This document shows, piece by piece, positions 50,187-59,563 of a DNA stretch of 64,000 nt (positions are counted from its first letter, which is position 1; the number at the start of each line of letters is the position of its first letter). The DNA is taken from positions 7,502-71,501 of the forward strand of contig CANRDL010000001.1 in NCBI GenBank assembly GCA_947629405.1, given 5' to 3'. This DNA is from an uncultured Bacilli bacterium. Its GTDB lineage: Bacteria; Bacillota_I; Bacilli_A; RF39; UBA660. The notes under the pieces were generated by a model, which ran no database searches, was not told where the DNA came from, and worked only from the letters and a program-made list of their open reading frames with translations. The position numbers and the translations under genes were made by a program.

Positions 50187-50840
50187 ATAAAAAAATATAT
50201 TTTTTTAAGTATTATATTAGTTGCAATAATTGGATTAATTTTTTTTATAAATACTAATGATGTCGAATCTGATACAAAGTCTATAACTAAAGTTGAAGAA
50301 AAAGTAGAAAAAGAGTCAAATACAAAATTTTATGTAGATATTAAAGGTTATGTAAATAATCCTGGGGTTTATAAAGTAAATAATAATATGATAGTTAATG
50401 ATGTTATAAATTTAGCTGGTGGTATTAAAAATAATGGAACAACTTTAAATATTAATTTAAGTAAAAAACTAGAAAGTGAAATGGTAATTATCATTAGAAG
50501 TAAATCTGAATTAAAAAATGAGTTAAATGATAATCATACTTGTTCATCAGATGATGTTGATTATACAACTTGTTTAAAAAATAATAAAAATGTCTCAATA
50601 ATTTCTACAGATAATAAATCTAGTACTAATTCATCTGATAAGGAATCTTCTATTATTAATATTAATACAGCAACATTAGATGAATTAATGACTTTAGATT
50701 CAATCGGTAATGCCAAAGCTCAAGCGATAATTAAGTATAGAGAAGAAAATGGTAATTTTCAAACTATTGAAGATATTAAAAATGTATCAGGAATAGGGGA
50801 TACTTTATTTGCTAAAATTAAAAATAAAATTACTGTCTAA
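50187..50840 (+). CDS. comEA: Competence protein ComEA (SLBB plus helix-hairpin-helix). No canonical in-frame start codon; ATA at 50187 follows the RBS.
   Basis: TM segment, SLBB motif FYVDIKGYVNNPGVYKV, and C-terminal HhH INTATLDELMTLDSIGNAKAQAII. AGGAGG at 50175-50180. A stop lies at 50181. The first in-frame ATG is only at 50388, inside the domain. Confidence 0.7.
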   Translation: MKKYIFLSIILVAIIGLIFFINTNDVESDTKSITKVEEKVEKESNTKFYVDIKGYVNNPGVYKVNNNMIVNDVINLAGGIKNNGTTLNINLSKKLESEMVIIIRSKSELKNELNDNHTCSSDDVDYTTCLKNNKNVSIISTDNKSSTNSSDKESSIININTATLDELMTLDSIGNAKAQAIIKYREENGNFQTIEDIKNVSGIGDTLFAKIKNKITV

Positions 50841-52857
50841 TATATCCATTATTTGGCTAATATTATTTATATTAATTTGGATTTTATTTAACATTTTTTT
50901 TGATAAAGAACAAGTAATAAAGGAAAATTATTTTATTGGTAATGTAGTAGATTATAAAATAAGTGAAGAAAAAATAACATTAGAAGTCAAAAATAAAAAG
51001 AAAATTATGGCTTATTATACTTTTAAAAATAATAAAATAAAAAAATATTTTATTGAAAATATAAAATATGGAACAAAAATAAAACTTTATGGCCAATTTG
51101 AATCACCTTCCCAAAATACTATACCTAACACTTTTAATTATAAACATTATTTAAAAAGTAAAAATATTTATAATATTATAAAAGTTAAAAAAATAGAAAT
51201 AATTAATAATAAAATAAATATATTTTATAATCTTAAAAATATTATAAATAAAAGAATAAATACTATTGATAAAAATGGATATTTAAAGACTTTTATAACT
51301 GGTAGCAAAGAAGGAGTAGATAAAACCGTTATAACTTCCTATCAAAAAAATGGAATATCTCATTTATTTGCTATATCGGGAATGCATATAACTTTATTAT
51401 CAAGTATGATATTAATTTTTCTTAAAAAATTAAATTTTAATGAAGTTATTACATATTTAATAATTTTTGTTTTTCTGATATTTTATGCTTTTTTAACTTC
51501 ATTTACACCATCAATTATAAGAGCTTTAAGTGTTTATATTTTATTTAGTTTAAATAAAATATTTAATTTAAATATTAAAAATATAACATTATTTTTATTA
51601 GCAATTTTTATTATATTATTATTTAATTATAGATTAATTTATAGCATTTCCTTTTTATACTCTTCTATAACAAGTTTCGGTTTAATATTAAGTTCTAATA
51701 TTTTAAAAAGTGGGGGATATTTTTTTAAAATATTAAAAGTTTCATTGGTAGCATTTTTATATAGTTTGCCAATAACTGTTTTAAATTTTTATGAAATTAA
51801 TTTATTATCTATTATTTATAATCTTTTATTTGTTCCATTAATAACTATTATTGTTTATCCTTTATCATTAATTTGTTTTATTTTTCCTATTTTTCTAAAA
51901 TTATTTAATATATTAATTATTAATGTCGAAAAAATATCTTTATTATTTGCTAATATTAAAATTTTTAATTTAACTTTTCCAAAATTCAATGTCATTTTAT
52001 TAATAATATATTATCCTTTAGTTTATTATTTATTTAATTTAAAAAGAATAAAATTTTTAATTTATATTATATTTTTGTTTTGTTTTATAAAATTAATACC
52101 TTATTTAAACATTAATAGTTATGTTTATATGTTAGATGTATCTCAAGGAGATTGTTTTGTTATTCAAGATAAATTTAATAAAAAAAATATAATGATTGAT
52201 ACAGGCGGCAGTTATAATGAATATTTAAAGGATAATATTATAACTTTTTTAAAAAGCAAAGGAATAAATAAAATAGATTTTCTTATCTTAACACATGGCG
52301 ATTATGATCATATGGGATATGCTGAATATTTTGTTAAACAAATAAAAGTTAAGAATGTTATATTTAACATTGATGAATATAATAATTTAGAATTAAAGTT
52401 AATTAAAGTATTAAAAAGTAAAAAAATATCTTATTATAAAAATGTTGAACAATATGATAAATTTCAATTTTTAAATACAAAATTATATGATAATGAAAAT
52501 GATAATTCCAATGTGATTTATTTTAATTATGAAAATTATAAATTTTTATTTATGGGTGATGCTAGTATAAACAAAGAAGAAGATTTATTAGAAAAATATA
52601 ATTTAAAAAATATTGATTTTTTAAAAGTTGGTCATCATGGATCAGATACTTCAACAAGTTTAAAATTTATAAATACTATTAATCCTAAATATTCTTTAAT
52701 TTCCGTAGGGAAAAATAATAAATATGGTCATCCAAAAAAATCAGTTTTAAATAATTTATCAAATTCACAAATATATCGAACTGATTTAGCTGGTAGCGTA
52801 GAAATTAAATTAAATAAAAAAGGTTATAAAATATATCTTTGTAATGATTTTAATTAA
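50809..52857 (+). CDS. comEC: Competence protein ComEC/Rec2 (DNA internalisation channel with a metallo-beta-lactamase domain)
   Basis: Polytopic membrane core plus a C-terminal MBL motif (LILTHGDYDHMG; HHGSD). TTG start overlapping the comEA end. Confidence 0.85.
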   Translation: MLKLKIKLLSNISIIWLILFILIWILFNIFFDKEQVIKENYFIGNVVDYKISEEKITLEVKNKKKIMAYYTFKNNKIKKYFIENIKYGTKIKLYGQFESPSQNTIPNTFNYKHYLKSKNIYNIIKVKKIEIINNKINIFYNLKNIINKRINTIDKNGYLKTFITGSKEGVDKTVITSYQKNGISHLFAISGMHITLLSSMILIFLKKLNFNEVITYLIIFVFLIFYAFLTSFTPSIIRALSVYILFSLNKIFNLNIKNITLFLLAIFIILLFNYRLIYSISFLYSSITSFGLILSSNILKSGGYFFKILKVSLVAFLYSLPITVLNFYEINLLSIIYNLLFVPLITIIVYPLSLICFIFPIFLKLFNILIINVEKISLLFANIKIFNLTFPKFNVILLIIYYPLVYYLFNLKRIKFLIYIIFLFCFIKLIPYLNINSYVYMLDVSQGDCFVIQDKFNKKNIMIDTGGSYNEYLKDNIITFLKSKGINKIDFLILTHGDYDHMGYAEYFVKQIKVKNVIFNIDEYNNLELKLIKVLKSKKISYYKNVEQYDKFQFLNTKLYDNENDNSNVIYFNYENYKFLFMGDASINKEEDLLEKYNLKNIDFLKVGHHGSDTSTSLKFINTINPKYSLISVGKNNKYGHPKKSVLNNLSNSQIYRTDLAGSVEIKLNKKGYKIYLCNDFN

Positions 52858-53692
52858 TTATATTTGAAAGTAATTGTTCTACTTTCAATTTATTATTTAT
52901 GTTATATAATATTCCCATATCGATAGTAATAGTTTTTGAAAATAGAGGAATTTCATATAATAAATTGTTATTTAATTCGTTAATTACAAATTCTTTAATT
53001 AAGAAACCATTAGCATATCCATTAATAATAATTGGACAAATGTTATCATGATCATAAACTTTTATTTTATTAACTGAAATATTAGAATTACGAATATAAT
53101 CATCATATATCGCATTAAGTCTTTTATTTTCTAGCATAACTAACGGCTTATCACTTATCTTATCATCTTTTGAATTAGACACAAATATTAAGTGTAATTC
53201 ACCCAATTTTTTAAATTTTATATTATCATTAAATTGATAATTTAATGGCTCTAAAATATATGCAAAATCAATTAAATTATTGGATAATTGATTATTTAAC
53301 AAATCAAAATCTTCAGCATTTATAAAGTTAACATTTTTATTACTTTTTAAAATCTTATCAATTTTATTTTCATTAATAAGATAATTTAAAATAGATTTAT
53401 TTACTGCTATTTTAATAGTATTATTATTAATAAGTTTGGAAAAATCATTTTCAGCCTTAATAATGTTATTTATTTCACTAGAAATAAGTCTATATAATTC
53501 GTTACCTTCATGAGTTAATATTACACCTTTATTTTTCCTAACAAATAATTTGGTATTCATTTGATCTTCCATTGTTTTTAACATTCTACTTATCGCTGGT
53601 TGACTAATGTTTAATTCATTCGCTGCTTTAGTTATATTTTTATTTTTGGCTATAACATAAAAAACTTTATAGTATTCAAAATTAATATTCAT
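52850..53692 (-). CDS. LysR-family transcriptional regulator
   Basis: N-terminal wHTH FYVIAKNKNITKAANELNISQPAISRMLKTMEDQMNTKLF plus a substrate-binding-domain-length C-terminus. Confidence 0.8.
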   Translation of the reverse strand: MNINFEYYKVFYVIAKNKNITKAANELNISQPAISRMLKTMEDQMNTKLFVRKNKGVILTHEGNELYRLISSEINNIIKAENDFSKLINNNTIKIAVNKSILNYLINENKIDKILKSNKNVNFINAEDFDLLNNQLSNNLIDFAYILEPLNYQFNDNIKFKKLGELHLIFVSNSKDDKISDKPLVMLENKRLNAIYDDYIRNSNISVNKIKVYDHDNICPIIINGYANGFLIKEFVINELNNNLLYEIPLFSKTITIDMGILYNINNKLKVEQLLSNIIN

Positions 53693-53808
53693 TCTCCATC
53701 ACCTATCAATATTATATCATAACAAAATGTTATGTCAAATATAAAGAATAGGTATTTTACAAATGGCAAGTCAAAATATATAATATAGGTCAAGAAAAGG
53801 GGATATAT

Positions 53809-54126
53809 ATGAAAAATGAAAATTTATATAATACTAATACATTAATGAACATTAAGAATCGAAAAGTTATTATATATTTAGCAAAACAAGTTATTCAATT
53901 AAACTATACTTGTAATAACATAGTACCAAATGAAAAGTTTCAAAGAGCAATAGCAATGTTTACAAATAGAAATGAAGATTTTGAGACAATAAAGCAAATT
54001 ATAGATTGGCATGTTCAAAATGAGAGAACAAGATACATTGAACATTTAAAAAGAAAAAGGAAATACGAAAAAGTAAAAAACAAACATAATCAAAACAAAA
54101 CATTACCAAAGAAGAAAGTTGCCTAA
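53809..54126 (+). CDS. Hypothetical small protein with a strongly basic C-terminus
   Basis: 105 aa. KRKRKYEKVKNKHNQNKTLPKKKVA tail. Diverges from the LysR gene. Confidence 0.4.
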   Translation: MKNENLYNTNTLMNIKNRKVIIYLAKQVIQLNYTCNNIVPNEKFQRAIAMFTNRNEDFETIKQIIDWHVQNERTRYIEHLKRKRKYEKVKNKHNQNKTLPKKKVA

Positions 54127-54148
54127 ATAAAGTTAGGGGGAAAATAAA

Positions 54149-54988
54149 ATGAATAAAGAAAATACACATTATAGTCCAATATCAGTGATCGATGGTGTAC
54201 AAATTATGATAAATAGATATCCTGAACATACAGATTTTTCATATGAAATGTATAAAAAATTTAGAGATACTTCATTCGAAAAAAAATATTATGATTTTGA
54301 TAAATATAGAAATATACGTGAATTGGAAAGAGCTGCATCAAGTTTTATATTTGTGAAGTCATATTATAAGAATAACAATGAATTAGAAGATTGTTGTTTA
54401 GGTAGTAAAGCCATGGACGATTGGGAAAAAAGAGACTTTACTAACGATTATAGAATAAGATATGTTGGTAATCAACATGGAATAGTACCCACAATACCTT
54501 ATAAATTTGTTTCAAAAATAGCAAAAATGTATAGAGAATTTCGTTATTATAACTATAAGGATTATTATGCTTTAGGGTATTATCCAAAAGAAAAAATAAT
54601 TTTTTACGAAAAAATGATTTTTGGTGAGAATTGGGGTTGGGTTGATTTGGAAGATGAATCTCATTATATTAAGAATCGAAAACTAGAACATCTTCCAAAA
54701 GAATCAGAATTACATATAACAGATGAAAAATTCTTATTTCCAACAATTATAGATGATAAATTAGAACTTGAAACTTACAACGTTTATCAAGCTGAAACTT
54801 TAGAAGGAACAAAAATAAATGTTATAAAATATAATGATAAATGGTTTAGACTTGAACCTGTAGTATGGAAAAAAATCGGAAATGACTTAGTTTGTACTAA
54901 TATTCTTTTTGAATCGCCAATTCATATGAAAAATGATTATGTAAAAAGCAATGATATTCAGTCATTTGAAGATACATTTCTAAAGTAG
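54149..54988 (+). CDS. Hypothetical protein (279 aa)
   Basis: ORF with a GGGG RBS. No recognised domain. Confidence 0.45.
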   Translation: MNKENTHYSPISVIDGVQIMINRYPEHTDFSYEMYKKFRDTSFEKKYYDFDKYRNIRELERAASSFIFVKSYYKNNNELEDCCLGSKAMDDWEKRDFTNDYRIRYVGNQHGIVPTIPYKFVSKIAKMYREFRYYNYKDYYALGYYPKEKIIFYEKMIFGENWGWVDLEDESHYIKNRKLEHLPKESELHITDEKFLFPTIIDDKLELETYNVYQAETLEGTKINVIKYNDKWFRLEPVVWKKIGNDLVCTNILFESPIHMKNDYVKSNDIQSFEDTFLK

Positions 54989-55054
54989 TATATTGATAAT
55001 GTTTTTACTAGAGATTTATTTAAAAATGTTGATTACAATTTAATAAATAATAAA

Positions 55055-55234
55055 ATGATATTAAGCATAGATGAAGAGATTGATACAAAATTAAAAGAAA
55101 TAGAAAAATTAAAACAAATGAAAGATAATTTAATCTTACAACAACAAAGTGAAGAACATATCATTGATACCGCACATAGAAAATTATTTGAGAAAGATCA
55201 TAAAGAACAAGTAATTACTAAATTACATAAATAG
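55055..55234 (+). CDS. Possible small coiled-coil protein (59 aa), not in the ORF track
   Basis: MILSIDEEIDTKLKEIEKLKQMKDNLILQQQSEEHIIDTAHRKLFEKDHKEQVITKLHK. It fills an otherwise unexplained 270-bp gap. Confidence 0.25.
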   Translation: MILSIDEEIDTKLKEIEKLKQMKDNLILQQQSEEHIIDTAHRKLFEKDHKEQVITKLHK

Positions 55235-55258
55235 TATATACGAAGGGAATGTTGAAAA

Positions 55259-56002
55259 ATGGATCGTTATACAGATAAAAAAATTACTTCAATTGCTATT
55301 CAATTAGAAAAATTAGGAATTGAATTTATACATTTTTATAAATATGATTTTGCAAGCAATTATATTGGAAAAGAATCTGGAGTACAAATTGATTGGTTTT
55401 TTCAAAATAGTATATTATTTACAAAATCTATTCATAAATTTCCTGATGAATTAAATATAGAAGAATTTGTTTCTATATATAAGGATAATTTATTATCAAA
55501 ACAAGAAGCTGAATATTTCTATAATTTTGGTTGTGAAATATATAATGATGGTAATTGTTCTTGTATCAGTGGTTGTAATAACATTAGTGATTATTATTAT
55601 GGTAGATTTTCACCTAAATATAAGGATTTTAAAAATGATTTTGCAGTACCAATAGCAGTGAGAAAAGTTGATACTAATAGTAATTTTGCCAATTCTTTAT
55701 TACCAATTTTATTTGGAAAAAGGATAGTATTAGAAGATTGCTCAGTAGACTTGTGTTACTTTGAAAATGTAAATTTGGTAATTCCTATTGAAAAATATTT
55801 TAAAAAAAGTATGAATATATATAATTTTAAAAAATGTGATAAATATAAAGAAGGAACATGGTCACTTGATGATTTAATAGGATATATAAAAATTAAAAAA
55901 AATAGTGAACAAAATCATATCAATGATATTACACACAATAATATAATGGATATTTTAGAAAAAGAAGAATCTGATGCAAAGTTTAAAACAATACATAAAT
56001 AG
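55259..56002 (+). CDS. Hypothetical protein (247 aa)
   Basis: ORF with no recognised domain. Cys cluster CSCISGC. Confidence 0.4.
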   Translation: MDRYTDKKITSIAIQLEKLGIEFIHFYKYDFASNYIGKESGVQIDWFFQNSILFTKSIHKFPDELNIEEFVSIYKDNLLSKQEAEYFYNFGCEIYNDGNCSCISGCNNISDYYYGRFSPKYKDFKNDFAVPIAVRKVDTNSNFANSLLPILFGKRIVLEDCSVDLCYFENVNLVIPIEKYFKKSMNIYNFKKCDKYKEGTWSLDDLIGYIKIKKNSEQNHINDITHNNIMDILEKEESDAKFKTIHK

Positions 56003-56022
56003 TGATATAATTGCTATGGTAG

Positions 56023-56637
56023 GTGTTTATGAGAAGTAAAACTATTTTAATAAATAATTCTAATGATTATAATAACTTTTTAAGTAAAATTAATATATAT
56101 AAGAGTATTTTATACTATAATACTCTTTTTGTGGTTAAAAATAACATTAATGATAATATGATAAATTATATAATAAATGCCTTAAATATAAAAAATCGTA
56201 AAACAAGAATTACATACATATATGATATTTCATGTAAATTAATTGATGATAATAATAAAAATATTAATGTGTGTGGCTTTAAAAATAATAAATGCTATGT
56301 ACAAAGAAAAATAAAAAATGGTAAATGCAATGGTTGTTGTAGAAAATGTTTGTATCAAACAAAAAAAGGATGTTCTACTAAAAATCTTACTTGTAAATTG
56401 TTTAATTGCTCCGAGGTAAGAAAACGATATAAAGTGGTAGAATATAGCGATTTAAAATTATTGAAAGTATTAAGTTTAAAAAATCAAATAATTATAAAAT
56501 CAGACTATTTTTCAAAAAGAGAAGATGTATTAAAAGATTTATACTCTTACACTTTAACTTATTCAACTTTGAGAATTGTTTACAGATTAACAAAGAATTT
56601 TGTTAAATTTAACAGAAAAAAGAAAGATAGCAATTAA
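56023..56637 (+). CDS. Hypothetical Cys-rich protein (10 Cys within ~50 aa)
   Basis: CGFKNNKCYVQRKIKNGKCNGCCRKCLYQTKKGCSTKNLTCKLFNCSEV, likely a metal-binding module. Confidence 0.4.
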   Translation: MFMRSKTILINNSNDYNNFLSKINIYKSILYYNTLFVVKNNINDNMINYIINALNIKNRKTRITYIYDISCKLIDDNNKNINVCGFKNNKCYVQRKIKNGKCNGCCRKCLYQTKKGCSTKNLTCKLFNCSEVRKRYKVVEYSDLKLLKVLSLKNQIIIKSDYFSKREDVLKDLYSYTLTYSTLRIVYRLTKNFVKFNRKKKDSN

Positions 56638-56685
56638 TGTATGGTATAATTATACATAGGATAATGAAACTTATATTATTGAAAA

Positions 56686-58389
56686 GTGGTGATAATAATG
56701 AGTATGGATCAAAAAAATCAAATAATTGAAGATTATATAAATAATATTTCGAGTCAAGTTAATAGTCGATATAATGGATTAATAAATAATGATATAATAT
56801 CTCGTGCTTTAATAATGTTTAAAGATTCTTCTAAAGATTTGAAAACAGAGATTATTCCCAAGATAAATGAATATATGTTAGAAATTGTAACAAATTATCT
56901 TAAAGCTAAAGAAAAAGAACAAACAAATATAATGCTTAAAAATATTGAAAAAAATATAAATTCAGATTTTTTTATAGAAATGTTAAAAAGAAATTGGGAA
57001 AAGACACATAATATTCAATTATTGAGCAAATTAATTGGTGAATTATATATTCATCATATTATAAATAAAGACAGTTATGGGTTTGAAAATTATATGAACC
57101 ATATTGAAAAACTATATTTACAATATAATAATAAACAAATATCTCCCAAGCAATTCGAATTTCAAAGAGCTAAACTAATTTCAATGATAATAGGAATGAA
57201 AATGGGGATAGATTTAAATAAAAAAATATCAGTTGAAGATATAGAAAGAGTCAAAAATCATTTTTTACAAGAATATATTTCTAATGGCTATGTATCCCAT
57301 TCATTTCCTGATGCTTACTATGAGTCAATAATGAAAAATGGATTAATTTCTTCAACTAAATTAAGAAATGACAAACCATTGGAAATTCAAGAAATTCAGG
57401 ATATATTTATGAAAAAAGGTGTTGTTGCACCAATGGGAGGATATCCTTATTATGGTGGCTCTGGAATATATTATGAGCAGGAGTTTACGAAAATGTTTTG
57501 GCATTCTATAGATTCTCCTGAATGGTTTAAATGGTTTACTTCATCTGATCATTTTACAACTTATCATAATAATATAGAAACATCTCCATATATCTTAAGA
57601 AGTGAAAAAGATTGTAGAAGGAATATCGATGATTTATGTAGAAATGCTGAATTAGATGATAATGATACAAAAAAAGTAGTAAATTTTTATCAAAAACAAT
57701 ATGCTAAATTTATGTCGCCAAAATTAAATGTTGCTCTAATTTCCAAAAAAACAGTTGGAAAAGATAACATCCGAGAAGCAGTTCCTCAGAATATGGATTT
57801 ATTTAGTACAATAAGTTATGTTTTAAATGATGGGGCACATCAATATAGCGAACATAAAGGAAATGTTTATAATGGAGTTATTCCTCCTACAGAATTAAAT
57901 ATTTCTGTTATACCGAATGCTTCAATATATATTAAATCTGATAACTATAGTAGAGAAACAAAAGAACATTTGACAAACCCAGATAGTAATTTAGCATTTT
58001 TACAAATTGCTGAAGAAAACAAAAATAGATTAGTTTCTTCTATGCCTTCAAAAATAGAAAAAGCCGAAAGTGAAATTATGCGAAAAAAAAATCCACCTTT
58101 TAATTTTAGAAATGAAACAATAAGTGAAACTAATCCTACTTTTTCAAAGAATAATAATTTTGAAAAAAGAAGTTCTAATGAAATACAAATAGCAAATCAA
58201 ATCAAACAAAAAAATCAAATGATAAAAAAACAAAAACTACAACTTAATAGGCCTAAAGTTTTAACTAAATCTAATTTAAGTGGTAGTTCAACTGGAAACA
58301 AAGGATTTATTAATAGTATTACATTATCATTAATAGTTATTTTTATATTAGGAACATTGTTTGTAGTTTACATGTTAATTAGGAGATAA
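56686..58389 (+). CDS. Hypothetical 567-aa protein with a C-terminal tail-anchor TM helix
   Basis: C-terminal SITLSLIVIFILGTLFVVYMLIRR. The rest is soluble with no recognised domain. Confidence 0.45.
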   Translation: MVIIMSMDQKNQIIEDYINNISSQVNSRYNGLINNDIISRALIMFKDSSKDLKTEIIPKINEYMLEIVTNYLKAKEKEQTNIMLKNIEKNINSDFFIEMLKRNWEKTHNIQLLSKLIGELYIHHIINKDSYGFENYMNHIEKLYLQYNNKQISPKQFEFQRAKLISMIIGMKMGIDLNKKISVEDIERVKNHFLQEYISNGYVSHSFPDAYYESIMKNGLISSTKLRNDKPLEIQEIQDIFMKKGVVAPMGGYPYYGGSGIYYEQEFTKMFWHSIDSPEWFKWFTSSDHFTTYHNNIETSPYILRSEKDCRRNIDDLCRNAELDDNDTKKVVNFYQKQYAKFMSPKLNVALISKKTVGKDNIREAVPQNMDLFSTISYVLNDGAHQYSEHKGNVYNGVIPPTELNISVIPNASIYIKSDNYSRETKEHLTNPDSNLAFLQIAEENKNRLVSSMPSKIEKAESEIMRKKNPPFNFRNETISETNPTFSKNNNFEKRSSNEIQIANQIKQKNQMIKKQKLQLNRPKVLTKSNLSGSSTGNKGFINSITLSLIVIFILGTLFVVYMLIRR

Positions 58390-58394
58390 TTGAT

Positions 58395-58811
58395 ATGAAT
58401 GAAAATATAATAGATGAATATTTAGATAAAGAAAAATCTTATAAACGATTAAAAGAAGAATTTGAGACACATAAAAAATTAATTATAGCTTATGATTTAG
58501 ATAGTACGGTTTTTGATTATCATAATACAGGGGCTTCGTATGAAATGGTTAAAAATTTGATTAGAAAATATAAAAAATATGCTTATTTTATAGTTTTTAC
58601 TTCATCTGAACAAGACAGATATGATGAAATAAAATCAATTCTACAAAAAGAAAATTTACCATTTAATTCTATTAATGAGGACGCTCCATTTATTCCATTT
58701 AAAGGTAGAAAAGTTTATTACAATATTTTATTAGATGATCGAGCCGGTTTAAATCAAACATATAATGAATTATTAAGATTATATAATGAAGTAATTATAA
58801 ATCTAAAATAA
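58395..58811 (+). CDS. Small HAD-superfamily phosphatase-like protein (5'(3')-deoxyribonucleotidase-like)
   Basis: N-terminal motif I IIAYDLDSTVF (DxDxT) and a C-terminal LLDDRAG acidic motif. 138 aa. Confidence 0.5.
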   Translation: MNENIIDEYLDKEKSYKRLKEEFETHKKLIIAYDLDSTVFDYHNTGASYEMVKNLIRKYKKYAYFIVFTSSEQDRYDEIKSILQKENLPFNSINEDAPFIPFKGRKVYYNILLDDRAGLNQTYNELLRLYNEVIINLK

Positions 58812-58830
58812 TAATTAAGGATAGGATAAC

Positions 58831-59427
58831 ATGGATAATTTAAATATGAAGATATTAAAATCTCATGCTGAAATAGATAAAATAAATGTTGATATTAATA
58901 ATAAAATGTTTAATTTTATTACAAAAGCAAATGAATTAGTAGAGCTATCGGATTATGATTATCAAATAGAAAAAACATTAATGCTTAATAAAATATCATT
59001 AAAAGGATATATGTTAGCTTCTGATTGTTGTATTCAATTAGCTGAGAATAATATAACTGATTATTCAATAGATGCACTTAAAAATTATTTAAATCAATAT
59101 GAAAAATCATTTAACACTGATTGTTCTAAATATTTATTAGCTCTTTCTTTATATGAATTAATAGAAGATATTGAAAAACTAGTTGATTCAAAAATTAATT
59201 TAGAAATTAATGAATTAAGTAATATAATATCTAATATAAATGATATAAAAAATAATAATATAGATGAATATGAAAATTTATATTATAATTTTAAAACTCA
59301 ATTAAAAAATTATTTTAAGAATAAGTTAAATGAAAAATCTTATAATATATATGTACAAATGTTAAATGATATTTTTAATTTTTATGTAAATGGATATCCT
59401 AATATCCCCGAAGAGTATTTAAATTAG
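58831..59427 (+). CDS. Hypothetical protein (198 aa)
   Basis: ORF only. Confidence 0.4.
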   Translation: MDNLNMKILKSHAEIDKINVDINNKMFNFITKANELVELSDYDYQIEKTLMLNKISLKGYMLASDCCIQLAENNITDYSIDALKNYLNQYEKSFNTDCSKYLLALSLYELIEDIEKLVDSKINLEINELSNIISNINDIKNNNIDEYENLYYNFKTQLKNYFKNKLNEKSYNIYVQMLNDIFNFYVNGYPNIPEEYLN

Positions 59428-59529
59428 AAATAATTATGTTAGGCACAATAATTATAAAATATTTAAAATAATTCATAAAATAAAATAACATTATATAATG
59501 TTTTATATAGATTTTAGAATAATATTTTC

Positions 59530-59563
59530 TAAAAAAAAAGATACAAAATTGTATCTTTTTTAA
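59530..59563. terminator. Bidirectional terminator between the hypothetical cluster and the convergent ponA
   Basis: aaaaaaaaagatacaaaattgtatctttttt hairpin. Confidence 0.6.

Noticed and set aside
53693-59559. Prophage or integrative element interpretation of the hypothetical gene cluster
   Set aside because: No integrase, terminase, capsid, portal or tail signatures, and no flanking direct repeats are visible. I therefore call it only an uncharacterised accessory cluster.
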